A DNA stretch of 64,000 nt from Candidatus Poribacteria bacterium (GCA_965198235.1 OZ240248.1:1632001-1696000); one strand, 5' to 3'; counted from the stretch's first letter, positions 39,470-49,825 are shown. Made by a program: numbers and translations. The notes: generated by a model not told the origin, from the sequence alone.

Positions 39470-40734
39470 GGAAGTTTCGGCTTTGTTAGCAGATGCACAA
39501 GTGGTGGTTCGCCTGTCAACGTTTCTAAAAACTCGACAAGATCTCTTTTTTCCTGTTCACTGAGATGGAGGGGTTCCACTGGGCCTGCGCTTCTGCCGAC
39601 AAATTCGTTTGTGGTGCCGCCTACGTCATTGAATTCAATCACAGAAGCGAGTGTTGGAAATTCGCCGGTGTGGAAATAGGGTGGCGTTAGTGCGACGTTA
39701 CGGAGGGTTGGCGTTTTGAATTCGCCTTGATGTTCCAGTCTCGGCTCCAGGAGACTCAGCATGCGTGTGGCATCCGCCCTTGAATCGCTATAGATGCTGG
39801 TACTGTTAAACGGATCGGCTAAGAGTTTCGCGATTCCTTGGAAACGTCCGGTATCTTCTGGCAGCGCGCCTTGTGGTATCCCAAGGTTATGGAAATCGTT
39901 GTCTCTAAAGTGTGGTGTTCCATGGCAGAGGACACAGACACCTTTTCCGATGAATATCTTTAAGCCGCGCTTTGCTTCAGGTGTAATCGCCTCTTCATCG
40001 CCTGCTACATACTGATCGAAAGGTGCGTTCCGACTAATCAAAAGGCGTTCGTAGGCTTCAATTGCCTTACCGATGTTTGCAAAGACAGTGTTCGCAGCAA
40101 CCTGATCAGCTTCGGACATGTTATCGAACACCGCATCGCCGGGTTTACCATTAGGCGGGAAACGTGTGGCATCTTCGAGTTCAGGAAGGGTGCCGAAGAC
40201 GGCTTCATATTCTGCTTCATAATGCCCTTTGATGAGGTGTGCGTACTGGAGTCGTGTGCCGGCTTGTTCTTCGCCACCTTCGAGTGCGAATAGTGCTTGT
40301 GCCCAGAGGGTCTCCGCGCGTCCGTCCCAAAATTGCCATTTGTTATAGGCAGCATTGAGAACGGTTGGTGCATTTCTTGTGCCGCGTCTGGTCCCTAATG
40401 AAGTGGCTTCAACATCGGCAAAGCCATGGAATGGTGAATGGCATGTTGCACAGGAAATTGTGCCTTCCTTTGAGAATCGTGTGTCAAAGAAAAACATCTG
40501 CCCTAACTGTGCCGCATCTGGATTATCAGCGACGCGATTTGTGAGACTTGGTGGTGGTTTGTCAGGTAGAGGCGATAAACTTTCAATCACTGCCCATTCG
40601 CTCTCGGTAAAGAGATTGGGAGTCTCCGTGAGGTGTTCTGGCTCAGATTCGGGTTGCATCTCTTCAATGCTTTCTTCACCGCACCCAAAGAGAAGTAGGG
40701 CGACGTTGCCTATAATCCAGATGATTAGACGCAT
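39466..40734 (-). CDS. Di-heme cytochrome c peroxidase (CcpA/MauG family) lipoprotein
   Basis: LFGC lipobox, SCATCH, RNAPT, FWDGRA, CVLCH, FKTPTLRN, PYFHTG. Confidence 0.9.
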   Translation of the reverse strand: MRLIIWIIGNVALLLFGCGEESIEEMQPESEPEHLTETPNLFTESEWAVIESLSPLPDKPPPSLTNRVADNPDAAQLGQMFFFDTRFSKEGTISCATCHSPFHGFADVEATSLGTRRGTRNAPTVLNAAYNKWQFWDGRAETLWAQALFALEGGEEQAGTRLQYAHLIKGHYEAEYEAVFGTLPELEDATRFPPNGKPGDAVFDNMSEADQVAANTVFANIGKAIEAYERLLISRNAPFDQYVAGDEEAITPEAKRGLKIFIGKGVCVLCHGTPHFRDNDFHNLGIPQGALPEDTGRFQGIAKLLADPFNSTSIYSDSRADATRMLSLLEPRLEHQGEFKTPTLRNVALTPPYFHTGEFPTLASVIEFNDVGGTTNEFVGRSAGPVEPLHLSEQEKRDLVEFLETLTGEPPLVHLLTKPKLP

Positions 40735-40787
40735 GATTGACGTTTCCAACGGGCGGGATGAACCGATGTCGTAGCAGACAGCACACA

Positions 40788-41762
40788 CTATATCGTCAAG
40801 GACAGGAACAGTTCCTCAAGTGACATTTCAGTCGTGTGCATTTCAAGCAGTTGCCATCCACGTTTGACGATGGTTGCTGCTACTTCTGAACGGATGTCGG
40901 TCGCCAGTGTATAGTGAAGGTGGAACGTCGCCGTGTCATCCGTATCAGTATCGATCTGATCGACTTGAATCACGTTTGGTATGTCGTGGAGTTCGGTTGA
41001 TATATCGTCTGCTGGTGCTCCTGCTACCTCAAGTGCAAGAATGGAGGAGGCAACTTGCAAATTCTCTGTATTACGGGTAGATCCATCGCTCTGTCTGGGG
41101 GCGGCACGTCCATCTTTCAACAGAACATCCCCTGTAATTTTACCACGACTGATGATAATCAACCGTTCGCATGTGAGACTGGCTTCGGGTAAGATGTGGG
41201 TGCTGAACAGGATAGTCCGTTCCTTGCCGAGTGCTTTGATTAGTTCTCGAATTTCGACAATCTGCCGTGGATCCAATCCGGAGGTGGGTTCATCGAGAAT
41301 TAAAACGTCAGGCTCGTGAATGAGTGCTTGTGCTAAGCCGACGCGTTGTCGAAAACCGCGCGATAGTTGTCCGATAATCTGATGCCGGCGTTCGGTGAGA
41401 CCGCATGCCTCAATGGCATTATCCAGTTGCCCTTTGATGCTATTACGCGGCACACTGCGGATCTTTGCCATGTACATCAAGTACTTCGTCACCGTCATTT
41501 CCGGATAGAGCGGAACGTTTTCGGGGAGGTAACCGATGCGTTTCCGAACCTCTCGCGATTCTTTGAAAACATCATATCCGGCGACGGTAACGCGTCCGCT
41601 ACTCGCCGGCATAAAACAGGTGAGGATTCGCATTGTCGTTGTTTTTCCTGCTCCATTAGGACCGAGGAAGCCGACAATTTGTCCCTTGTCTACTTGGAAG
41701 GAGATGCCCTTGAGTGCTTGGAAGGGACCGTAGTTTTTGGTGATATTTTGAACTTCAATCAT
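40788..41762 (-). CDS. ABC-2 type transporter ATP-binding protein (GldA-like)
   Basis: GPNGAGKTT, LSRGFRQR, LDEP. Confidence 0.92.
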   Translation of the reverse strand: MIEVQNITKNYGPFQALKGISFQVDKGQIVGFLGPNGAGKTTTMRILTCFMPASSGRVTVAGYDVFKESREVRKRIGYLPENVPLYPEMTVTKYLMYMAKIRSVPRNSIKGQLDNAIEACGLTERRHQIIGQLSRGFRQRVGLAQALIHEPDVLILDEPTSGLDPRQIVEIRELIKALGKERTILFSTHILPEASLTCERLIIISRGKITGDVLLKDGRAAPRQSDGSTRNTENLQVASSILALEVAGAPADDISTELHDIPNVIQVDQIDTDTDDTATFHLHYTLATDIRSEVAATIVKRGWQLLEMHTTEMSLEELFLSLTI

Positions 41763-41968
41763 TTTTTAATTATTGGGCTTCTGGTCTGCCTTCCAAATGT
41801 AAAGCATTCTCACTGCGAAGCAAAATTATGCCGTTTAAGGAAACCTAATTTCATTTCAGGCAGGTTTTCGGTAATCCTAACGCCTCCATCACCGCTCTCT
41901 GTCAAGAATTAATCAGAAACCATCGCGAAACGTAGTGGAGCAGTGCCCAGATTTAATCGTTAAAAAAT
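41763..41968. repeat. Back-to-back copies F (minus, expanded loop) and E (plus) of the hairpin element
   Basis: F: CTGCCT...AGGCAG plus 23-nt tail to the ATG at 41762; E: CATCGC-GAAACGTAGTGGA-GCAGTG. Confidence 0.7.
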
Positions 41969-41990
41969 CGTTCGTTAAGCGGGGCGCGGT

Positions 41991-42890
41991 TCACACCTCA
42001 TCAATAGAAGTTTGTAAGTTCCGAGGAATATTGAAGTTTAGATCTCGGTCTCTGCCCAATAGATAAGGATTGTTATCCGGATTGACTGCTGCTGATTCAG
42101 CGAGGACATCCGGTAAGTTGACCGGCACGGACTTCACGTCAACTCTATCGGGATATACCAGGACCTGTCGCCACATCATCGGATAACAGATAATGCCAGA
42201 GGAGACGATACACAGCATACCTTGCTCTCTGAAGACGCGATTGAGATGCAGGTGTCCACAGAAAAATGCCAAAATTTGTCTTTCAAAGGGGGCGGTAATT
42301 TCGAGAACCTCTGCGGAGTTGGCAACTCTTGAACCAATCCCCTGGAATTCGACACTTGGAAACGGGAGTTGATGTGAGAAAATGAAAACCTCTTGGTTGT
42401 AATCACGCGCCCTTTTCAATTCTCGCTCTGTCCACGCCAGTTGGTTAGTGCTGATATACCCGTGTGTGAGGTCTTCGGGCACCTCCTGCGAATCGAGGAG
42501 GAGAAACCGGATATTTTCGTGCACAAAACTGACAGAGCCCATGCCGTTGGTACTGAAGCGTGCCAAATAATCGTCTTTAGAACCGGTTTCCGGATGCAAA
42601 TCGTGGTTGCCGGGGATGTAATAGCAAGGAGCATTCATACGCTGCCCGAGTTGTTGCGCACCGTCAAGTGTGGCTTCGTATTCTTCTGCGAACATGTCAA
42701 AACTGTTACCACCGCACACGATATCCCCGCCATGAATTACAAAGGCAGGCTCAAACGCGTTCAGTTGTTCAACTAATTTTTCATAGAGTGCAAGACTATT
42801 TTTTTGCTGTTGAAGTCCGCTTGCGAAGTTCTTCGGCGCGTTTAAATACAGATGTGTGTCCGTAATAAAAGCAAATTTAAAAAGTATCAT
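41991..42890 (-). CDS. Calcineurin-like metallophosphoesterase (CpdA-like)
   Basis: DTH, GGD, GNHD, HQ, GHLH. Confidence 0.9.
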   Translation of the reverse strand: MILFKFAFITDTHLYLNAPKNFASGLQQQKNSLALYEKLVEQLNAFEPAFVIHGGDIVCGGNSFDMFAEEYEATLDGAQQLGQRMNAPCYYIPGNHDLHPETGSKDDYLARFSTNGMGSVSFVHENIRFLLLDSQEVPEDLTHGYISTNQLAWTERELKRARDYNQEVFIFSHQLPFPSVEFQGIGSRVANSAEVLEITAPFERQILAFFCGHLHLNRVFREQGMLCIVSSGIICYPMMWRQVLVYPDRVDVKSVPVNLPDVLAESAAVNPDNNPYLLGRDRDLNFNIPRNLQTSIDEV

Positions 42891-42996
42891 GACATATCTC
42901 GTCTTTCGGGAAGGCTCCTAATCTGATTAGCAAAGATGTTTTTAACAGATGGGGTTCCCAACCTCTCCAATGATGCACCTACCGAGACTATTATAA

Positions 42997-43740
42997 TCAG
43001 GAATGCACATGTTTGGATAGAATTGCGACATAAGTCGGTGTATCGGCTGCGTCAATGTAGCGTTCGACCCGCCACGCTGTTCCGTCAAGGATGTCTTCGA
43101 TCTCCGCTTTTGAAACAAACAGATAATCGAACCATGGTGTAGCGTATTGTTTGTATCGGATCCGTAGTTTCAACTGACCGCTCATCCGTCCTCTATCTCT
43201 ATTGAATTGATGATAGGCGAGATGACCTGGATCTGTCGTTTCGTAAGGGTCCATTGTTTCAGCGATAATTTTTGCGGTATCTGTTGTCATAGCAGCGAAG
43301 CGTCTCAATAGCCATTTTGCTCTTTTATAACTTCCAGCGAGTCCGAAATTGTGTCCTATCATGAGAATCGTGTCAAAGGTGCCAATTTTGGAATTCAACT
43401 GCGTGACAGGCGCGACAAGAGCATTTTTGAGCCCACGGCTTTGGCAGGTCTGGATGGCTAATGGTGAGATGTCCGTTCCTAAAACATCATGTCCCTGTCC
43501 TTGGAGATAGAGGCAGTGCCGCCCTGCACCACAACCGATATCCAAGACCCGTCCTATAGCGTGCGCTATTGCGAGTTTTTGATGTTCAGCCCAGTCCTCA
43601 TATTCAGCGAAATAGTTGAAAGGTCCCAGGCGGCTTACATCAATGAATCCGTCTTCTCTCTCCACAATTTCGACGTTTTTTTGACCGTTATGATAATCTG
43701 AAAGGAGGTGCCCATAGGCATCTTGGATGTCGGTTAGCAT
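42997..43740 (-). CDS. Class I SAM-dependent methyltransferase
   Basis: VLDIGCGAG; start at MLTDIQ. Confidence 0.88.
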   Translation of the reverse strand: MLTDIQDAYGHLLSDYHNGQKNVEIVEREDGFIDVSRLGPFNYFAEYEDWAEHQKLAIAHAIGRVLDIGCGAGRHCLYLQGQGHDVLGTDISPLAIQTCQSRGLKNALVAPVTQLNSKIGTFDTILMIGHNFGLAGSYKRAKWLLRRFAAMTTDTAKIIAETMDPYETTDPGHLAYHQFNRDRGRMSGQLKLRIRYKQYATPWFDYLFVSKAEIEDILDGTAWRVERYIDAADTPTYVAILSKHVHS

Positions 43741-43741
43741 T

Positions 43742-45094
43742 TTACTGTTCCTTGACGTAACCGGTTGTACCGTTCGGGTTGACCCATTCGGTCTCCCAAT
43801 GCGTTTCAATGCCTTCGCGCCACGTTTGAGCGGCTCCTGTCAATTCAGTGGTGAGTTCCGGGTGTTCATCTTTCAGGTTCTTCGTTTCACCCATGTCGGT
43901 GTCGAGGTTTGCGAGATGCACATCGTCTTCTGGAGGCGCGCCCTCTACCAATTGACCGTTGAGTACCAATTTCCAATTACCACGACGCACAGCAGTCTGC
44001 TTACCCATCTCCCAATAGATTTCGCGATGTGGTGTGGGTTCGCCGTTTGTCACCATAGGGAGTCCATCGAGTCCATCGAGTTCGTAGGCAGAGGGATCTC
44101 CACCTGCCGCTGCGAGAAAAGTCGGGAACACATCCATTGCTGCGCCGACTTCATTGATTACCTGTCCTGCGGGAATTTGTTGGGGCCAATTCATGATTCC
44201 GGGTGAACGGATGCCGCCTTCATAGAGACTAAATTTATGTCCTTTCAGTTTACCGGCAGTGCCGCCGTAATACGGGTCCTGTGTGCCATCTAACCAATTT
44301 CGGGTTTCACGCGAGGGACCATTGTCGCTTTGGAAATAGGAGAAGGTGTTTTCTGCAAGTCCGAGTCTCTCAAGTTCGGCAAAAATTTCGCCGACGCTAT
44401 CGTCAACGGCACTGAGCATTGCCGCCATAATCTGTCTGTCCCACGGCAGGTTCGGGAATCGGTCCACGTACTTCTGAGGCGCGTGCATCGGATAGTGCGG
44501 TGCGTTGTAAGGCACGTAGAGAAAAAAAGGTTTACCGAGTTCAACAGACTTTCGGATATATCTGATGGCGTATTCGGTGATAAGTTCGGTGAAGTATTCA
44601 CCGTTGCGGTAGATTTCTTCGCCGTTTTCCCAGAGGTCATGTGTTTGATCGATGCCAGGTTGTCCTAAGCCCCAATAGAAGATGTGCGAGAAGAAATCGA
44701 TGCACCCTGCCATGAATCCGAACCAATCGTCAAACCCGTGGTGTTCCGGACGTGAACCCTCTGCGAGCCCCAGATGCCATTTTCCAGACATCGCCGTGTA
44801 ATAGCCTCGTTCCTTCAGTGCTGTTGCGAGCGACGGAATAGAAGGCGGTAACCCTGTAGCAGTGCGATGCCCTGATAAAATGGAACGGACCCCAGCATGG
44901 CACGGGTATCGTCCTGTCAGTAATGCTGCGCGCGAAGGGGAACAGACGGGTGAATTTGAGTACCAGTCCGTGAAGCGTGCTCCCTCTGCTGCCATTCTGT
45001 CGAGATGTGGCGTTTTGAAATCAGTCGCGCCCATGCAGGACAGATCACCGTATCCTTGATCGTCGGTTAGGAAGATAATAAAATTAGGTTGCAT
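43742..45094 (-). CDS. Arylsulfatase (Cys-type)
   Basis: DDQGYGD, CSPSRAALLTG, GKWHLG, APHYP, SDNG. Confidence 0.95.
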   Translation of the reverse strand: MQPNFIIFLTDDQGYGDLSCMGATDFKTPHLDRMAAEGARFTDWYSNSPVCSPSRAALLTGRYPCHAGVRSILSGHRTATGLPPSIPSLATALKERGYYTAMSGKWHLGLAEGSRPEHHGFDDWFGFMAGCIDFFSHIFYWGLGQPGIDQTHDLWENGEEIYRNGEYFTELITEYAIRYIRKSVELGKPFFLYVPYNAPHYPMHAPQKYVDRFPNLPWDRQIMAAMLSAVDDSVGEIFAELERLGLAENTFSYFQSDNGPSRETRNWLDGTQDPYYGGTAGKLKGHKFSLYEGGIRSPGIMNWPQQIPAGQVINEVGAAMDVFPTFLAAAGGDPSAYELDGLDGLPMVTNGEPTPHREIYWEMGKQTAVRRGNWKLVLNGQLVEGAPPEDDVHLANLDTDMGETKNLKDEHPELTTELTGAAQTWREGIETHWETEWVNPNGTTGYVKEQ

Positions 45095-45198
45095 TTTTCC
45101 TTTCTTTTAATTAGTCGCCAAGCGTAGCGGAAATGGCTTTGTGCATGCACCATTCCTGTTTGCTTTTGCTAATTTTAAGAAAACTTCTCTTTGTAGGG

Positions 45199-46767
45199 TT
45201 ACTTTTTCCAGAAGCTTCGGTCGAGACTCCGATATTGTATAGCTTCAGAGACATGGAGTGCCTCTATATGCGGGTTTTCGTCTAAGTCAGCGATGGTGCG
45301 TGCGACTTTCAAAATCCGGTCGTAGGCACGTGCACTCAACCCTAATTGGTTAATCGCGACTCGGAGAAGCTCTTGTGCTTGGGAATCAATTTTGCAATAT
45401 TCTCGTATCTGCTTAGATTCCATGTTTGCGTTGGCGTGTATTGCTGTGTCTGCAAAGCGTTGGTGTTGGATTTGACGTGCCTTTTCAACGCGTTCTTGGA
45501 CGTGTGCCGAAGGTTCACCGGTTGTTTCATTAGCAAGTTCTGCATATTTCACCGCTGGCACTTCAACTTGGATGTCGATTCTGTCTAAGAGCGGTCCAGA
45601 GATACGGGAGACGTAGTTTTGAATCTGATTGGGTGAGCATTTGCAATCTCTGGTAGGGTCGCTAAAAAACCCACAAGGGCAAGGGTTCATGGCAGCGACG
45701 AGCATGAAGTTCGCCGGATAAGTGAGAGATGCGGATGCGCGAGAGATGGTCACTTGCAGGTCTTCAAGGGGTTGCCGCATGACTTCAAGAACGTTTCGCC
45801 GGAATTCGGGGAGTTCATCCAAAAAGAGCACACCGTTATGTGCGAGGCTCACCTCACCGGGACGCGGTACTTTTCCACCGCCAATTAAACCTGCGTCTGA
45901 AATCGTATGGTGTGGTGAACGATATGGGCGGGTCACAATCAAAGGTGTGTCGCTCGGCAAAATGCCGATAATACTTTGGATTTTCGTTGTTTCTAAGGAT
46001 TCATCCATGGATAGTTTCGGCAGAATCGACGGAATTCGCTTCGCTATCATGGTCTTTCCGGAACCGGGCGGTCCGATCATGATGAGGTTATGCCCACCAG
46101 CAGCGGCGACTTCAATGGCGCGTTTAACATGTTCCTGCCCTTTCACGTCGAGCAGGTCAAGATGTGCTTCGGAATGCTCGTTGTGCCCATCAGTGGGCGA
46201 ATGCGCGTGTGGCATTCGCCAAGATGTATGCGATTCTGGCTCGATCTCTTTATCCGAGTTAAGAAATGCAGCAGCCTCTGTTAAGTTTGTGACCGGATAA
46301 ACATTCACACCTTCTACGATTGCTGCTTCTTTTGCGTTTTCAACAGGCAAGATGATATTTTGGATGCCGTTCTCTTTTGCAGCAATGGCGATAGGGAGTC
46401 CACCTTGTATGCCGCGAATGCTGCCATCAAGTGCGAGTTCACCTAAAATTATTGCGTTTTCAAGCCTCGCGAGATTCACTTGATTGGTAGCTGCCATAAC
46501 ACCGATTGCGATGGGGAGGTCAAACGCCGATCCTGCTTTTCGGATATCCGCGGGTGCTAAGTTCGCCGTGATTCGGGTTGGCGGAAAGTAGAAACCGGAG
46601 TTTTTAATGGCTGCAGTAACCCGATCCCGACTCTCTTTGATGGCGTTGTCGGGTAAGCCGACAGTACTGAAGGACGGCATTCCACCGGCAACGTCTACTT
46701 CAACTTTCACGATATAAGCATCAATTCCCAGCATTGCACTGCTTAGGACTGTTGCGAGCATAGGCAT
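45199..46767 (-). CDS. comM: YifB/ComM Mg-chelatase-like AAA ATPase
   Basis: NLAPAD, GPPGSGKT, RSPHH, PGEVSLAHNGVLFLDE, NPCPCG. Confidence 0.93.
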   Translation of the reverse strand: MPMLATVLSSAMLGIDAYIVKVEVDVAGGMPSFSTVGLPDNAIKESRDRVTAAIKNSGFYFPPTRITANLAPADIRKAGSAFDLPIAIGVMAATNQVNLARLENAIILGELALDGSIRGIQGGLPIAIAAKENGIQNIILPVENAKEAAIVEGVNVYPVTNLTEAAAFLNSDKEIEPESHTSWRMPHAHSPTDGHNEHSEAHLDLLDVKGQEHVKRAIEVAAAGGHNLIMIGPPGSGKTMIAKRIPSILPKLSMDESLETTKIQSIIGILPSDTPLIVTRPYRSPHHTISDAGLIGGGKVPRPGEVSLAHNGVLFLDELPEFRRNVLEVMRQPLEDLQVTISRASASLTYPANFMLVAAMNPCPCGFFSDPTRDCKCSPNQIQNYVSRISGPLLDRIDIQVEVPAVKYAELANETTGEPSAHVQERVEKARQIQHQRFADTAIHANANMESKQIREYCKIDSQAQELLRVAINQLGLSARAYDRILKVARTIADLDENPHIEALHVSEAIQYRSLDRSFWKK

Positions 46768-46873
46768 GTTCCTTCCAATTTGCGATAATTTAAAAATATA
46801 TTGCGATATTGTGTTTTGTGAGCGTGTGTTTTACAGCGGCGAGATTCAACCTCGTTCAGTAAAATCTAACACT

Positions 46874-46903
46874 ATTGTATCACAGTGGAAGATAACAGGT
46901 CAA
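46874..46903 (-). promoter_or_regulatory. Sigma70-type promoter for comM
   Basis: TTGACC-N18-TACAAT with extended TG. Confidence 0.5.
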
Positions 46904-46913
46904 CGCTTTTCCT

Positions 46914-47933
46914 TTAACTTGAATCTCCGGTAAGTTTGTGCAATGTTTGTAGTTGCTTCTGATTGGCTATTACCAACAAGGCATCACCGGCTGCAATTTT
47001 CTTATCCCCCGGTGGGTTATAGAGGAACGTCCCGTCGTTATCATGAATTGCGATGACAACTAACCCAGCCTGTTCTGGGATACTGGCGGCTTTGAGTGAG
47101 ATTCCATCGAGAGCAGCGCCTTCTTGAATAATGGATTCCGTGAATCGAGCCCCGTCTTGATTTTGGGTGATATTTTCCAAAAATCCTACGAGTTGAGGCT
47201 GCAGTATTCCAGATGCGAGGCGGAGTCCACCAATGTGATCGGGAAGGACGACCTCATCTGCTCCGGCAGTGATGAGTTTTCCGGGGGAATTATCTTCAAC
47301 GGCTTTAGAGGCTATCCTTAAACGTGGGTTGATTTTTCTTGCGGAGATCACGACAAACAGATTATCTTGGTCACGGCTAAGGCATGTGACGAGCCCTTTG
47401 GCGCGCTCGATCCCCGCTCGCGTGAGTAATTCGTCATCGGTTGCGTCACCATGGAGGTATAGAAAATTTCGTGTGTCAGAAAGGTGGGTGAGCCGTTCTT
47501 CCTCGAATTCAATACCGACGAAATCTACTTCTGCCTTTAGCATCTCATCAAGCACATGTACGCCGGTATCACCGAGTCCACAGACAATATAATGGTTTGA
47601 TAATTTATCGACAGTTCGAATCATTTTTTGTTGTCGGAAAAAACTTTGTAGCTGCCCTTCAATCAGAAATGCAGTAGCGATCGTAACACTATAGGTGAAT
47701 ACACCGATCCCGCCAATGAGGAGTAGTATTGTGAATACACGCCCGCTATCGCTCATTTCGAGGTCCTCATGACCGGCGGTTGTTAAGGTAATGACAGTCA
47801 TATAGATTGCATCAAGGAGATGCCATCCGCGTTGCGGATTGTCTCTTTCAAGCGCCAGGTACCCAATGGTTCCAGTCAAGAGCAAACCGACGATCATAGC
47901 GAAAGCGATGATAATCTTGCGTTGATAATTCAT
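46914..47933 (-). CDS. Potassium channel protein (2TM pore + RCK/TrkA-N, TrkA-C)
   Basis: DAIYMTVITLTTAGHED pore region, VCGLGDTG, GDAT, RCK-C. Confidence 0.9.
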   Translation of the reverse strand: MNYQRKIIIAFAMIVGLLLTGTIGYLALERDNPQRGWHLLDAIYMTVITLTTAGHEDLEMSDSGRVFTILLLIGGIGVFTYSVTIATAFLIEGQLQSFFRQQKMIRTVDKLSNHYIVCGLGDTGVHVLDEMLKAEVDFVGIEFEEERLTHLSDTRNFLYLHGDATDDELLTRAGIERAKGLVTCLSRDQDNLFVVISARKINPRLRIASKAVEDNSPGKLITAGADEVVLPDHIGGLRLASGILQPQLVGFLENITQNQDGARFTESIIQEGAALDGISLKAASIPEQAGLVVIAIHDNDGTFLYNPPGDKKIAAGDALLVIANQKQLQTLHKLTGDSS

Positions 47934-47954
47934 TCTCCTCTTTTCGAGTTGATT

Positions 47955-48177
47955 CTAATTCCGCTTTTTAGCGATGCGTTTAACAGTGGGATTTGGGTCA
48001 TGCCGTGCGATGTCGAAGAGCGTGCGGTGCTCAATTTTTCCGTCGCGCCTTTTGTTCGGCGCGGTTTTTCGCATAACCCCGATAATTTGTAAACCAGACG
48101 GTTCCGCCGCGTGGACGGAACCCGTTTTCAATGATCCCTCTCGCACTGCTTAATGTTGTGCCATGATAGAATTCCAT
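47955..48177 (-). pseudogene. ADP-ribosyltransferase-like N-terminus joined out of frame to a HEAT-like C-terminus
   Basis: 48177..48031 reads MEFYHGTTLSSARGIIENGFRPRGGTVWFTNYRGYAKNRAEQKARRKN* after AAGGAG; another frame gives LFDIARHDPNPTVKRIAK. Confidence 0.6.
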
Positions 48178-48298
48178 AAATGATTCTCCTTGAGAGTTTA
48201 ACGGAGTTAACCCAATTTATGGCAGACAATTCATAAAAATAGACAGTGTTGAGGCTTGTATGGTAGATCGCTTGTCTCAGTGGTTGCTGAGCCTGCGA

Positions 48299-48664
48299 TT
48301 AAGAGGGATTTTCAGTGTTTTCAGTGGAGACCTCTTCCTCGGTTTCTTCAGTTTGTCCTTCTTGCTGTGCGACTTTTTCCTGTCTATTGATGGCACGGAC
48401 GTAACCCATTCTGAGTTCATAGAGGGTGTTTGCCAAGAAGTTGGTTTCTGGTGCAGTGAGATTTCCCTTCGTCTTTTCTTCGAGCATCTCAATAGTATCA
48501 ATAATATGTTTCACGAGCGGGAGGTTTATAACTACCTCGTCCGTTTCGGGGTTAGGGATCCCCTCTAAGTAGAGCCGTCCTGTTTCTACAAGGTTGGCAA
48601 GATAACTCATAAAATCGACAGGAGGAAGTTGTTGAGTTTCCTCCTGAGCCGTAGTTTCTTCCAT
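48299..48664 (-). CDS. DUF1844 domain protein
   Basis: KHIIDTIEMLEEKTKGNLT..E...L...LYELRM. Confidence 0.85.
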   Translation of the reverse strand: MEETTAQEETQQLPPVDFMSYLANLVETGRLYLEGIPNPETDEVVINLPLVKHIIDTIEMLEEKTKGNLTAPETNFLANTLYELRMGYVRAINRQEKVAQQEGQTEETEEEVSTENTENPS

Positions 48665-48724
48665 ACATTGCTCCTGATTCCGATTCGCCCAATATAGGCA
48701 GTAGATATTTGTAGAGAAATTTCC

Positions 48725-49096
48725 CTATTCGTCATCAAAAATGATGATTTGTGCGAGTAAGCTTCCTGCTTGGTTATTATTGTTTGGGCTTTCGTTCATT
48801 GCGAGAAAAATAACACCGTCAGCGGGGGCAGGATTGTCGTAGCGTGAGCCAACAGCGAAGACGACATTTCCGATCTTAGCGATGAGGGCACCGATGTTTG
48901 TGCCGGGAAGCAGATAATCGCTGGAACCCGGTGTCTTGGGAACACCATCCCCACCGCACCATCCGATCCGATTTTGCAAATCCGGTGACCATGCGCCTTC
49001 CGCATCAATAATGAGTCGTTGCCCTTTTTCCACGCGCACGTAACTTTCCTGCCAAACGGGACTTGGGCGAGCCGTGCGGATAACTGTTAATGCCAT
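48725..49096 (-). CDS. LecA/PA-IL-like beta-sandwich protein
   Basis: GQRLIIDAEGAW, GALIAKIG, GVIFLAMNE, NQAGSL; GGAGG SD. Confidence 0.55.
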   Translation of the reverse strand: MALTVIRTARPSPVWQESYVRVEKGQRLIIDAEGAWSPDLQNRIGWCGGDGVPKTPGSSDYLLPGTNIGALIAKIGNVVFAVGSRYDNPAPADGVIFLAMNESPNNNNQAGSLLAQIIIFDDE

Positions 49097-49141
49097 GCAT
49101 GCCTCCATTTAAATTAGAATCTATGATTAAAATCCAGAATT

Positions 49142-49171
49142 GCTGGGCGAAGTTCGGGAACCTCGCCCAGC
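49142..49171. repeat. REP-like hairpin
   Basis: GCTGGGCGA-N12-TCGCCCAGC; resembles the hairpin inside the MITE at 32060. Confidence 0.6.
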
Positions 49172-49222
49172 GGTGAATTACAGGTTACGGTTAGTTTTGC
49201 ACCAACCCTTAGATTGTGATTG

Positions 49223-49825
49223 CTATTCCTTGTCTCGAATGGTGATGTTTGTAATTACGTCATCGACTACGATGCTGTCAACCACATCCATCCCGTTGAT
49301 GACGTTTCCGAAAATGGTGTAATCACTGTCGAGGATCGCATCACCTCGGCAGATAAAGAATTCGGATGCATACGAAACGCTTGCGCCATCCTCTTTCGCC
49401 ATGGCGACGACACCTCGCGACATCTCTTGCGAACCGTTCTCAATGGGGAGTGTATCTCCAGCGGCAAGCTTTGAACCCGCTTGGATGAGGAGTTCTTCAG
49501 CGCGATTAAACTTCTCACCCTTGTAATACATCACCTGCGCGTTTTTGATGAAATTCTTAGAAGTTTCTGGAGCTTCGGCTGCAAGGAATTCAAATTCAAT
49601 AGTACCCTTTGCCGTTTCAATGACCGCAACCACCGTTGCTGGATCGATCTGAGGTTTTGCTGGGGTTGTTGCGGTGCCTGTGCCGGCGCGACGTGCTCGC
49701 GGTACAGGTGCCGGTTTATCCTCTTGTGCGCAACTCAGCACGAAGGTCGCGAAGAATGTCGCTAAAACGAAGAGTGCTGCGGCTGCGAACTGCCGATGTT
49801 GCTTATTCTGCTGTTGCCTTAACAT
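49223..49825 (-). CDS. Cyclophilin-type peptidylprolyl isomerase lipoprotein (divergent)
   Basis: VLSC lipobox, ETAKG, APETSKNF, YTIFGNVINGMDVV. Confidence 0.82.
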   Translation of the reverse strand: MLRQQQNKQHRQFAAAALFVLATFFATFVLSCAQEDKPAPVPRARRAGTGTATTPAKPQIDPATVVAVIETAKGTIEFEFLAAEAPETSKNFIKNAQVMYYKGEKFNRAEELLIQAGSKLAAGDTLPIENGSQEMSRGVVAMAKEDGASVSYASEFFICRGDAILDSDYTIFGNVINGMDVVDSIVVDDVITNITIRDKE

